Positions 19,755-28,826 of a stretch of DNA of 64,000 nucleotides are shown here, piece by piece; within the stretch, counting starts at the first letter, position 1, and each line of letters begins with the position of its first letter. A program made the translations under genes and the position numbers. The notes beneath the pieces were generated by a model. The model made no database searches. It saw nothing but the letters and a program-made list of their open reading frames with translations, and was not told where the DNA came from. This DNA is from Chamaesiphon sp. (GTDB lineage Bacteria > Cyanobacteriota > Cyanobacteriia > Cyanobacteriales > Chamaesiphonaceae): the NCBI GenBank assembly GCA_965246715.1, contig CBDFFH010000005.1, positions 96,001 to 160,000 on the forward strand, given 5' to 3'.

Positions 19755-20567
19755 ATGGCTACAGACAATAGAGGGGTGATGGTTTACCTGCCATCAGAAG
19801 TAGAAGTGAAGATGGTCGAGTATTGTACTCAGCACAACATCACCCGTAAAGACAAGCAAGGAAATATCGTCACATCATTAGGAAGTGGGATAGTTGCGTA
19901 CCTCAAAAGTCAGTTACTTGGTGACATACCTAGAGTGGTGAGTGACAGACCTACTACTGGATTGACCAGGGAAGAAGTAATAGATTTAATAGCAGAGTCG
20001 AGTACTGGTAACACACCAATCGTTGGCGTAGCCTCTCTTGCGGAGAATCGATCGCCCGATCCATTAGGTGCGGATGTTTTACACCGTCTAGAAACGATCG
20101 AACAACAGCTATCATCGCCTATAGGCATATCGAGAGATGAGGTAGAGCAACTAATTCAATCATCGGAACAGAGAGTGATGGAGGCTGTCCGTAGCCTACA
20201 AGGTGAACTGGCGAAAATTAAAGCCATTGACGAGCGAGTCAGCACTCCCCAGTCCTCAAGCTCCAGACACAGCCAAAAGCGGGCAAGCGAGGATGCTGCG
20301 ATTAACTCGCCAGCTACAGATACCGAATCAATTGGTGCTATACCTGGCAATAAGCCTCCGACTAAAGATATCAAAAGATGGCTAGAACCTTTGAAGGATA
20401 ATAAGTTCAGTGACATTATTCAGACTGCCGTCGCTGAGAAGTTGAGCAATCAGGAGATAGTCACCAGATTGTATGATTCGGGCTATGGGAAGAATAACAA
20501 CACCGAGCCATATCCCCCCAACCTCGCCAGTGCAATGAAGACGGCTCTTTTATTGCTGAATAATTAA
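19755..20567 (+). CDS. Hypothetical protein, possibly DNA-binding
   Basis: 270-aa ORF; N-terminal 'VMVYLP..V...' looks ribbon-helix-helix-like; contains a 24-nt hairpin insert. Confidence 0.55.
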   Translation: MATDNRGVMVYLPSEVEVKMVEYCTQHNITRKDKQGNIVTSLGSGIVAYLKSQLLGDIPRVVSDRPTTGLTREEVIDLIAESSTGNTPIVGVASLAENRSPDPLGADVLHRLETIEQQLSSPIGISRDEVEQLIQSSEQRVMEAVRSLQGELAKIKAIDERVSTPQSSSSRHSQKRASEDAAINSPATDTESIGAIPGNKPPTKDIKRWLEPLKDNKFSDIIQTAVAEKLSNQEIVTRLYDSGYGKNNNTEPYPPNLASAMKTALLLLNN

Positions 20568-21842
20568 GACAAATCTTGACAGATAAAATCTGCCCTTTCA
20601 TAAGAATTGCGGAAAATAGGTCAAACTACGACTCAGCAGCATCTTTCTTTAAAATGGATGTTTCTGCGGAAATCCATTCAGATGGAATCAATGCAGTACC
20701 ATTGCGCCAACGTTCCACTACAGCTTCTTCATACCAAGTTTCTGCAATATCAGCGTGTTCGGTGATAATTATTTGGAAGTTGGGCTGAAGTTCTTCCACA
20801 ACATCTCTTATCAGCTCAAACATGCGGACGACCGCCGCCCTATCTTCATCACCAAGATCTGTTGCAGACCGTTGTATATTTTGTTCTGCGGGGAAATATA
20901 CCTGCGATGGTTGATCCAAGAATAGAAAATGTGGAACTGGCCTAGACTTTTTGACAAACCACAAATGGAGAGCAAGATGAGCGATCAAATGGCAACCTAC
21001 CCAGTTAGCTCCACTACCCATTCGATCCATGCGGATAGGCCCACCATCGGTATCTGCGACTACTTGTAAATTTCGCAGATCCAATCGAAATGGATTGCCA
21101 CTATGCTCAAGCTCTAGTTGATTTGACCATATAGTCATATCTTTTGAGATAACAGATAAAATCGAGTCCAGACGCTCCTGAAGATTATCGTTACTTAGGT
21201 TTGCCGCTAGCTGTTTTATCTCAGATTGGAGTTTGGAGATCTCTGTTCTTAATTCAGATGAATCAGCAATCTGCGGGAGAGTTTCGAGAAATAAGCTAAT
21301 TCTTCCAATTACATAAGCCCTACGAGAAGAATTATGTCTTAGTTCCATTAATCTATCATCTGCATCTCGTAAGGCTTCAAGGACACTTCTATTCTCCCGC
21401 AACAGTCTCTTTGTATCAGTAATCTTCTGTTCTTGATCGATTATTAACATCTCTAGACCTGGAGTGTGCCTGATAACTTGGTCGAGTTGTTTTGATGCTG
21501 TTTGTAGCTCTACTTCTAGAGTGTTGAATGATGGAATATCTGTAGGCCGATCGCATAATGGACAGCAAGGTTGCTCTGCAACATTAAAAAGTTGAAGACT
21601 TGTAAGTCGAGAAACCTGCTCTCCAACTTCTTTTTCAAAACTGCCTTTATCGGAAAGTAGAATTTTCATACCCTCTAAATCATCCTTTTGCCGAGCAAGT
21701 TGCTCTCGGAGATCTGTGCGTTCATCATTTAGTCTTAAAAGTTCTGATTGATCGATACTCTGTTCGTAGCGAGTGAGCTGTTCTTCCGGTGAAGTCTTTA
21801 TCACTGTACTTAGTAATTCAATGGCCGCACCCCAAGAATCTG

Positions 21843-23257
21843 GGTTCTACCGAACTTACTATGCTAAATCAAGGATTGAAATGCCATGCTAGCAAACTTC
21901 TGATCTGAAAATTCTCAAAATTTCTAAACCCATATCCCATTCTTTTTATTAGCTTGAGTTTATTGTTAATTCCTTCGACGACTCCTTGAGTTGTTCTATT
22001 ATCAAAATAGGCAATTATTTCACCAATCCATCTTTTAATAGTTCCACAACTCTTGGGGAATTTCCCACAAGCATTCTTGAGCCAGTCACACAAGCTTATT
22101 AGCCCATTTCCCCAATCTGTTTTTGATTCAAATATATCTCTAAATAACTCTTTTGTTTTGTGCATTGCTGCTAATTCTGGAAAAACGTCTCCAATCTCTT
22201 TCAACTTCTCTTTTTGCAATTCATTCAAATCCGCTTCGTTTTTGAGTATTGCATATTTACTGTGAGTTAATGCTGCTAATTTCTTGTTCTTTTCATCTTT
22301 GTTCTTCACCCTCTCAGCCTCTCTTTTGATTTTAATTCTCTCTCGATCTAACTCTTCATTTATCTGTTTCATTACATGAAATCTGTCTCCAACCACTTCA
22401 GCATTTGGTATCAATTCATTTACCAGACTTTTGTATGATGAAAATAGATCGATACTTACTTCTGTAATTTGGTTCAAAACCTCCGAACCCCAAGACTTCA
22501 AGCACTCACCAATACATTCTTGAGTCCTTTTTGGTAAGATGGCTATTAACTCTCTTTTTTCTAGATCTACTAACACCGCACAATAGTTTTTTTGCCCTTT
22601 AACAAAGGCAATTTCATCAATTCCTAGTCTGGTTAAATTCTCTGGCTTTTTTTGCACTAGATTTACCCCAGCTTTTTTGATTATTGTCTCCACTTCTTGC
22701 TCACTTAATCCATTTCTTTTGGCAACACTTTTAATATCACTAGCTAGACTCTCTTCGACAATCTTCTGCTTCATTCGCTCGGTGAAATGACTTCTCTTTT
22801 TGATGAAATTTAATTCCTCACTGAATTTTCGACCACAACTCATACACTTGAATTGACGACGATTAATTTTAAGGTAAACATCATGTTCACCGAATGGTAG
22901 ATCTCTCACTGTTAATTGGTGATTCTCATGAAGTTTATTACTTTCAGTTCCACAATGAGGACACACTGCTTTTAATTGCTGATTTTCTAGATAAATAAAA
23001 TAACCGATTTCATCTAAGATCTTATAAGCAGTGACGGTCATTCCGTCGATATTAAGAATTTCATTAATGGTTTTTAGTTGCGATTTGGATGACATAATGC
23101 AATTCAAGCTTATTTGTTGCCAGAAATCAAGATCTTACTATTCTATAATAAAATCTGTCATTTATGCTGCACCAAGCTTCCATAACTCAAAATTATCAAT
23201 TTTGTCAATTAAACTTGATTCTTATCCACTACTTAGCATAGCAAGTTCGGTAGAGCC
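21843..23257 (-). mobile_element. ISL3-family insertion sequence (1415 bp)
   Basis: 25-bp inverted repeats ggttctaccgaacttactatgctaa / ttagcatagcaagttcggtagagcc (23/25 match); 8-bp target duplication agaatctg at 21835-21842 and 23258-23265. Confidence 0.95.
21869..23107 (-). CDS. ISL3 transposase
   Basis: CPHCG...C..C zinc finger, LGIDE, DRFHV, EGINNKLKLIKR.GYGFRNF. Confidence 0.95.
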   Translation of the reverse strand: MNCIMSSKSQLKTINEILNIDGMTVTAYKILDEIGYFIYLENQQLKAVCPHCGTESNKLHENHQLTVRDLPFGEHDVYLKINRRQFKCMSCGRKFSEELNFIKKRSHFTERMKQKIVEESLASDIKSVAKRNGLSEQEVETIIKKAGVNLVQKKPENLTRLGIDEIAFVKGQKNYCAVLVDLEKRELIAILPKRTQECIGECLKSWGSEVLNQITEVSIDLFSSYKSLVNELIPNAEVVGDRFHVMKQINEELDRERIKIKREAERVKNKDEKNKKLAALTHSKYAILKNEADLNELQKEKLKEIGDVFPELAAMHKTKELFRDIFESKTDWGNGLISLCDWLKNACGKFPKSCGTIKRWIGEIIAYFDNRTTQGVVEGINNKLKLIKRMGYGFRNFENFQIRSLLAWHFNP

Positions 23258-24018
23258 AGAATCTGGAGCTTCATCTAAAGCCAATAGTCCAACATCTCGC
23301 CCTTCTGAAAGCAGTGCAGATGCTTCACTAATTCCTCCACTTGCCATAGATTCAAGTCGAGCTAGTGCAAGTTCCTGTTTCTGCAATGAACGACGTAGTT
23401 CTCTAAGTCTTGCTTTCTCAGCCATATAGTTTTCATCTACTACTCCGAGAAAGTATGGCAACGTATCTTTGATTGCTTGTGCAGTCCAATTATCGCTTTG
23501 TTTATGAAATAGAAAACCAGGCTGGCTAATTTCATGTTGAGGCTGGAATGCGAAGATAAGCGCATGTCTGAGTGTTGTCGTTAGGGGAGGTCGGGTTTGT
23601 CCATCAGGAGGTTCATGAACACTGAGATCGATACCGACAATACCTTTCAATTGCTCAATCAGAGTTTCAATGTTAGTTGTAACAGAGAGCCGATCTGCGG
23701 GAGGAATGGTTATTGTTGAACCCACCATATAGTAAGCTCCTGAGTTGCTTACTTTTCCAGGATCTGGTGCGCGACGTGCAATGAAATACTCGGCAGAACC
23801 ATCAGTAAGTCGGAGTGCATACCAGCCAACACTATTTCTAATAACTCCTTCTGGGACAGCACATGATGAGCTGCCCAGGCAGTAATCAACTATGCCAATC
23901 AAAGCAGATTTTCCTGTTTTCGAGTCCCCTGTAATTATATTGATTGCACCAGGACGAAGTGACAACAGACGGCGTTCACCCTGCAATGAATACAGGATAA
24001 TATCAAGGATCTGAATAC

Positions 24019-24519
24019 TCAAGGAGCAACCCCCCAGAGAGCCATGATGGTTGAGTATTCACCGGAGGATGCAAACCATTTGCCCACGAACTTAGCCTTT
24101 TTCATACAATCATTAACTTCCTCTGAAGCCTGTGTCAAGAAACTGTTCATCGAACGCGGTCGTGTTGCCGCAAGGATTTGTGAGGAAGATAATTCAATTA
24201 ACTTACCATTTGCACCAAATAGTATACCTTCTTTGATCAGAGGTACCAAGGCTGTTGCTCGTTCCGCGAAGCGAACATGAGCCTGTGGATTTTGGACAAG
24301 CCAAGTAGCCATAGATGTTCTGGTTGTTCTCGGCAAACTTTCTCGCGTAGCCTTGTGTAGAGTCACAGGCATTGCAATGAATGTTAAAGGATAAGGAATG
24401 CCTCGTTCCGTGACACTGCTATATCCTTCACTACAAGACCAAAGCAGTGCGGCAAGAAACGCGGGATTAAGAAGTCGAGCTTGCTCGACGGATCTATCTG
24501 ACCATATAGGAGTACTCAT
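24019..24519 (-). CDS. lmuC: Lamassu/ABC-3C middle component (LmuC-like)
   Basis: 'LLNPAF', 'PVTLH..TR..LP', terminal 'LWGVAP'; 4-bp overlaps with both neighbours. Confidence 0.8.
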   Translation of the reverse strand: MSTPIWSDRSVEQARLLNPAFLAALLWSCSEGYSSVTERGIPYPLTFIAMPVTLHKATRESLPRTTRTSMATWLVQNPQAHVRFAERATALVPLIKEGILFGANGKLIELSSSQILAATRPRSMNSFLTQASEEVNDCMKKAKFVGKWFASSGEYSTIMALWGVAP

Positions 24520-25727
24520 GTGACCCCCTTCGGCTCAAGAATCTGCTGAAGATGCTGCATGAATTCAGGATGCCACCCAACTTTTAGCCGATCGGATAGC
24601 ATGTGAAATGACCCCCTGGTCATGCTTGGATGCTGGACTTGGGAACGAATTGGAAAAGAACTGTTTTCAACCCAAGCATAGATCTTTCGAGCAACTTCTC
24701 GCTTGATTTCCTCAGATTCGTTCTCACCAAGCTCATCAGATATGCGGTCAAACTGAAGCTCCCATTCCTCTCGTAGCAATTGCTCATACCTATCGAGTTC
24801 ACCAACTAACACCAGATCCTCTCGCACCCATCGGGATCGTTGTTCAAAGGCACGGTAGTAGTCCCGAATCGCGGCGAAGATTCGTTTATTGCCAATACCA
24901 ACCATTCTCACCTGATGGACAAAAACAGCATCTTCGTAAGCTGTCACGTCAACATCAGCACTCAAAATATCCTGATCTACAGGAAGAGCATCAGGATTAA
25001 ACTGCTCACGAAGAATATCAAATTCGCCTTCAATTTCGCTGCTAAGGATTGGAGATGAACTTGAGTCGTTCAATTGCCTAATCACTCGCTGATACCACCA
25101 ACCTTCGAGCCTTGTTAGAAAAGAGTCAAGATGGTTGCGTCGCACTGCGAGGCGAGCCTCTGAGCGAAGAGCGTCCTCAACACGAACAATATTTGGTGCA
25201 TTGGGAAATATGACAACAGAACCGATCAGTGCTGCTTGCTCATCTGGTTGAAGGCACCGAAATAGCTTATACGCTGGTTCATTCTTCTGGTTGCTAGAGG
25301 TATTTACTGTTGCTCGTAACCGATCGAGAGCCTTCACTTCATCGCGATTATCGATCGTCAGATAGCTAGCTGAAGAACCTTCACCAACTTTACTAGTCGT
25401 AATCAAATACAGCTTTGCATCTTTAGGAATTTTTTGATTTTCTCGACCCTCAATCCAAACTCGTAAACTCTTCCATATGTCAGGACTCGCATCAGTCAAG
25501 CTTGCTGCACGATCGCAGTGATGCTTCATCTGCAACAACTCGGATGCCGAGCCATCACGATCGAAGACAACATCATCAAGTGTCTCCAGGTAGGCTGCAA
25601 ATTCTTCATTTTGAGCAAGACGTTGAAGAGATGATAGCAACGCCCACCTCACTTGGTATAAGTACCCAAGTGCAGCATCGGTAGCGGAAAAATCAGTCTG
25701 TGTTTGTGAGTTTGAAGCCACTAGCAT
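24516..25727 (-). CDS. lmuA: Lamassu effector LmuA: Cap4-like PD-(D/E)XK nuclease plus ABC-3C C-terminal domain
   Basis: 'A...ALGYLYQ', 'ETLDDV', 'QMKHH' nuclease motif; C-terminal 'RGSFHML.D...GWHP'. Confidence 0.8.
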   Translation of the reverse strand: MLVASNSQTQTDFSATDAALGYLYQVRWALLSSLQRLAQNEEFAAYLETLDDVVFDRDGSASELLQMKHHCDRAASLTDASPDIWKSLRVWIEGRENQKIPKDAKLYLITTSKVGEGSSASYLTIDNRDEVKALDRLRATVNTSSNQKNEPAYKLFRCLQPDEQAALIGSVVIFPNAPNIVRVEDALRSEARLAVRRNHLDSFLTRLEGWWYQRVIRQLNDSSSSPILSSEIEGEFDILREQFNPDALPVDQDILSADVDVTAYEDAVFVHQVRMVGIGNKRIFAAIRDYYRAFEQRSRWVREDLVLVGELDRYEQLLREEWELQFDRISDELGENESEEIKREVARKIYAWVENSSFPIRSQVQHPSMTRGSFHMLSDRLKVGWHPEFMQHLQQILEPKGVT

Positions 25728-25993
25728 CTCCCTCTTGTATTGAGGTGTTCATGGGAAGAGTAATTGCTTTTCTAGATTTCTAAATATCCCATTACTGGCT
25801 CCCACCGTATGAAATATTGTAGCAGGAGAACCGCAGCGATTGGTACATATGTAATGACACAAGGCTAAAATTGCCTTACTACAGGTTGATACCAGTAACT
25901 AGTAACTCTGTTGTCATTAAACTCGATCGTATGTCTAAACTTATTTTGAGAAGGTGTCATCGGCTCTATTGTCTCAGTTCGTTTGCAAAAATC

Positions 25994-26230
25994 TCACTGG
26001 AAATTTTCAGAGATTTTTTTTAACAAAGCCTTCCTCTCTCGCCCCAACTGAGACAAGAATTCTCTCATTACCTTCGATCGCAATCCATGTTTAAGCGAGT
26101 TTCGGGCGGCTTTTGCCTTTCCGACCGGGCTGGTTGGCCCCGTCGAGCGTTCCCACGGACGCTGCTGGTAGATCGATAACTTCATGCGAGAACTCTGCTG
26201 TTTCCGTGCTTCCAAATTCCACCTTGGCAT
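25994..26230 (-). CDS. HGGxSTG-like small basic protein
   Basis: 'PW..STGP.S..GKA...NSLKHG' motif typical of small genes in integrative elements and phage satellites. Confidence 0.65.
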   Translation of the reverse strand: MPRWNLEARKQQSSRMKLSIYQQRPWERSTGPTSPVGKAKAARNSLKHGLRSKVMREFLSQLGRERKALLKKISENFQ

Positions 26231-26756
26231 AGGGTCGATCCTCCAATTGTTTCTGTAGTTCTTCAGTCTTCGTTACTAATTGATTCACCTGCTGCGCGAT
26301 CGCATTCTTGATGAACACCGTCTTCGGTTTAGGATTTTTGATGTCGTGAATTGTCTGTAACGTCTTCCGCGCCTGCTCCTGCGCTTTCATCGCCGCCTCT
26401 GAATAGGTCACAAACTGGTTGCTATTGGTTGTCAGAGTAGCCATCTGCATATATCGATTAAATGCCGCGTTGAGGATAGCCACCTGCCCATAGAGCAATT
26501 CAGTCACCGCCATAGCTTCATCGGTCATCAATGCTGTTGTTTGAGCCTCGATCGCTTCCTGAATCTGTAAAGTCTGTTCGGTGCCAGTCTGCTTTTCAGA
26601 CCCATGAATCAACAGATTGAGGGTATGTGCCGCCCCAAAGCTGGGATCTGCAACTCCCAGCATCTGAAGATCCAAGAGAACCTGACCTTTTTCGTTACAG
26701 GGCAGAACTCCAAACTTGTCAATATATTGCTGGGCTAATTTATCTTTCATGTTCAT
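26091..26756 (-). CDS. Conserved mobile-element hypothetical protein
   Basis: 'AMKAQEQARKTL..I....NP...FIKN...QQVN' pattern I recognise from genes upstream of HGGxSTG ORFs. Confidence 0.6.
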   Translation of the reverse strand: MNMKDKLAQQYIDKFGVLPCNEKGQVLLDLQMLGVADPSFGAAHTLNLLIHGSEKQTGTEQTLQIQEAIEAQTTALMTDEAMAVTELLYGQVAILNAAFNRYMQMATLTTNSNQFVTYSEAAMKAQEQARKTLQTIHDIKNPKPKTVFIKNAIAQQVNQLVTKTEELQKQLEDRPYAKVEFGSTETAEFSHEVIDLPAASVGTLDGANQPGRKGKSRPKLA

Positions 26757-26767
26757 CTCCTCGATGA

Positions 26768-28765
26768 TTAATGGAATGGTGTTTTGAGCTGAATTGGGGA
26801 AGATTGAGGCATAACCACTGTCGTCTTTTCGATCCCCAGAATAGATCGATATGCTGTATCTAGTAGACCGACATAGTGCTCCGCCCAGTATGGCTCGGTA
26901 GTAGTTTCTAGGGGATAACTGGCAAGCACTTTACCCGTTTTGGAATGGCAACGCTTACCTTCCGTAAGCCAGTAGCTCACACGATCTCCTGGCTTGCCAA
27001 TGCCCAGTTCTACCAAATTCTTCTCCGCAGAGCCGATTTTCCGATTGATAGTCAGATCGGCTACATCGATCCGGCGATCGATTAATAACGACCGAGTCTG
27101 GTGGTAATATTCATCAGCCGCTTGGGGCGATTCAATAAAATAGAGCCGCAGGAATTCGATCGGGAATTTATTCTCCAAGGGGTAACGATTCCGCTTTCTG
27201 AATAGTCCCTTAACCGTAGTTTTACCACTGGGATGAACGATCACATAGCTCTTAGCTTTGGGTGCATATAAACCGCAATCAGTTAGCTCTAGATCGATGT
27301 TGATCCCAGTAGGCAACGACCCAGAAACAAGCTCCTTAACTGTCTCTGGGTCATTATGACTAAATAACACCCCGTCGGTATCAATCTCGATCACTACGCC
27401 ACCGCAACTAGTTACCACTTCAACCATCAGATCCAAGATCTTCCGCCCGTAGGCGGTCACTAGAGCCGCCGCTTCGTAATCATTGAAAGTATAGAAACCA
27501 GTCCCCATAAACCCATATGAGCCGTTAATCAGAATCTTCAGCGATTTCTCTTGAAATGCTGCCGATTTGTCCCCAGATTTAGCCAATGCTTTGAGTTTTA
27601 ACCGTGCATCAACCATGTAAGCCAGTGCCCCCAGAAACTTATTCCCGTTATCTTTGCGACTACAGATCCCATATCTGAGCATGATCGAAGGATAGAGACT
27701 GGATACATCGATTTTGGCAACTTGCTGGTGTAGCCCTGGTGCCACTAGTTCGACCTTCCCACCATCATATTTAAGCGGCTCATCCGATTGAGGATTCAGC
27801 CGAGGTAATAATTTCTCGTGAATCTTCTGAGCTTTGAGTGCTGGCGAGGCGATCGCAATTTGCTGGAATGACAGCGCAGGCACATAAGCCAATTGATAGT
27901 ACACGACTGGTAACAGAAATTCAGCGAGTAGTTGCGTATCATCGAGATCGAATTTCAGATAATTCTCGATCGTCTCAGTATCGCCCGATTCCCAGCACTC
28001 GCGAATCTGGTTGACAGATAGTTCTAATCGTCTGTCATCTCTTAGCCCCAGTGCAATAACACTAGATTTGAGGTCATATCGATCGAGTCTTGCAGCTTGC
28101 TTATCCCAAATAGCGATCTGTTGGTAGGTATCGAGAATGTTAACACCACTCCAATAAATCGGAGTAAATTCGATTGGCTTACCATTCACAGTTGAAGAAG
28201 TGATCCGGCTGGTTTTATTACCCTTGCGGAACAGTTGAGAGATATTATGAACCCGACAGCGATCGGCTAAAAAGGGCAAATCGAAGTTAATCAGGTTATG
28301 ACCGATCAGGCATTCTGGTTGATGTTGCTTGAGGTGCTTGATCGTTCGAGCAAGCAGCGTCTTCTCATCTGGGTCTTTCAGGATAGTTATCTCTCCTTGA
28401 TTGTTAAGCAACCCAACCATTAATACTCGATCTGTTTTGGGATTTAACCCAGTCGTTTCGATATCAATGTAAATCTTAGTCAATTCCTCATAGGGTTTGA
28501 GTTTTACGGATGGCTGCCACTGGGGAATAAGTGTCTGGGGTTGATAATCGAGGGACAACCGATCGAGGTCAACTTCGACGCGCTCGCTAGTAATAGTGAC
28601 AGCATTCCGAGGATTGGGATGTAAAATCTCAACCACTCGATCCCGATTGATTATTTTCAAGTTTCCATCATCATCGGCGATAACTATTCTGACACCATGT
28701 ACCTTCAAAACCTCCCTGCTCAAGCCCTTAGCACTAGTAACGATCGATCCTACTACAATGTTCAT
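26768..28765 (-). CDS. Family B DNA polymerase with 3'-5' exonuclease
   Basis: Exo I DIETTG, Exo II HN..NFD, Exo III Y..FD; polymerase motifs DVSSLYPS, K...NGSYG, DTDG, K.Y and KG. Confidence 0.92.
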   Translation of the reverse strand: MNIVVGSIVTSAKGLSREVLKVHGVRIVIADDDGNLKIINRDRVVEILHPNPRNAVTITSERVEVDLDRLSLDYQPQTLIPQWQPSVKLKPYEELTKIYIDIETTGLNPKTDRVLMVGLLNNQGEITILKDPDEKTLLARTIKHLKQHQPECLIGHNLINFDLPFLADRCRVHNISQLFRKGNKTSRITSSTVNGKPIEFTPIYWSGVNILDTYQQIAIWDKQAARLDRYDLKSSVIALGLRDDRRLELSVNQIRECWESGDTETIENYLKFDLDDTQLLAEFLLPVVYYQLAYVPALSFQQIAIASPALKAQKIHEKLLPRLNPQSDEPLKYDGGKVELVAPGLHQQVAKIDVSSLYPSIMLRYGICSRKDNGNKFLGALAYMVDARLKLKALAKSGDKSAAFQEKSLKILINGSYGFMGTGFYTFNDYEAAALVTAYGRKILDLMVEVVTSCGGVVIEIDTDGVLFSHNDPETVKELVSGSLPTGINIDLELTDCGLYAPKAKSYVIVHPSGKTTVKGLFRKRNRYPLENKFPIEFLRLYFIESPQAADEYYHQTRSLLIDRRIDVADLTINRKIGSAEKNLVELGIGKPGDRVSYWLTEGKRCHSKTGKVLASYPLETTTEPYWAEHYVGLLDTAYRSILGIEKTTVVMPQSSPIQLKTPFH

Positions 28766-28826
28766 TTAATCCTCCAGTTCAATTGCTCCGTCGTAGTTTG
28801 CATCTCATTCAATCCGCGTAATTAGC

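Larger units (their letters stand above)
20626..24022 (-). pseudogene. lmuB: Lamassu SMC-like ABC ATPase (DUF3732-type LmuB), interrupted by ISL3
   Basis: The 5' part has Walker A GDSKTGKS; the 3' part has CPLC, the GSGANW signature and FLFLDQPSQVYF. Removing the IS and one target duplication rejoins ...EAPDS|WGAAIELL... in frame (657 aa). Confidence 0.85.

Noticed and set aside
20626..21804. Stand-alone 392-aa gene, and a separate 266-aa gene at 23222-24022
   Set aside because: They are the two halves of lmuB split by ISL3; the last 11 residues of the 266-aa ORF come from the IS end.
1..25990. Second att site (duplicate of the tRNA-Val 3' end)
   Set aside because: Not found on visual inspection of the intergenic regions; it may lie outside the window or have been missed.
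26768..28765. Calling the element a pipolin or casposon
   Set aside because: No casposase is present, I cannot see the insertions typical of protein-primed or primer-independent PolBs, and a separate primase is encoded. A phylogeny is needed.
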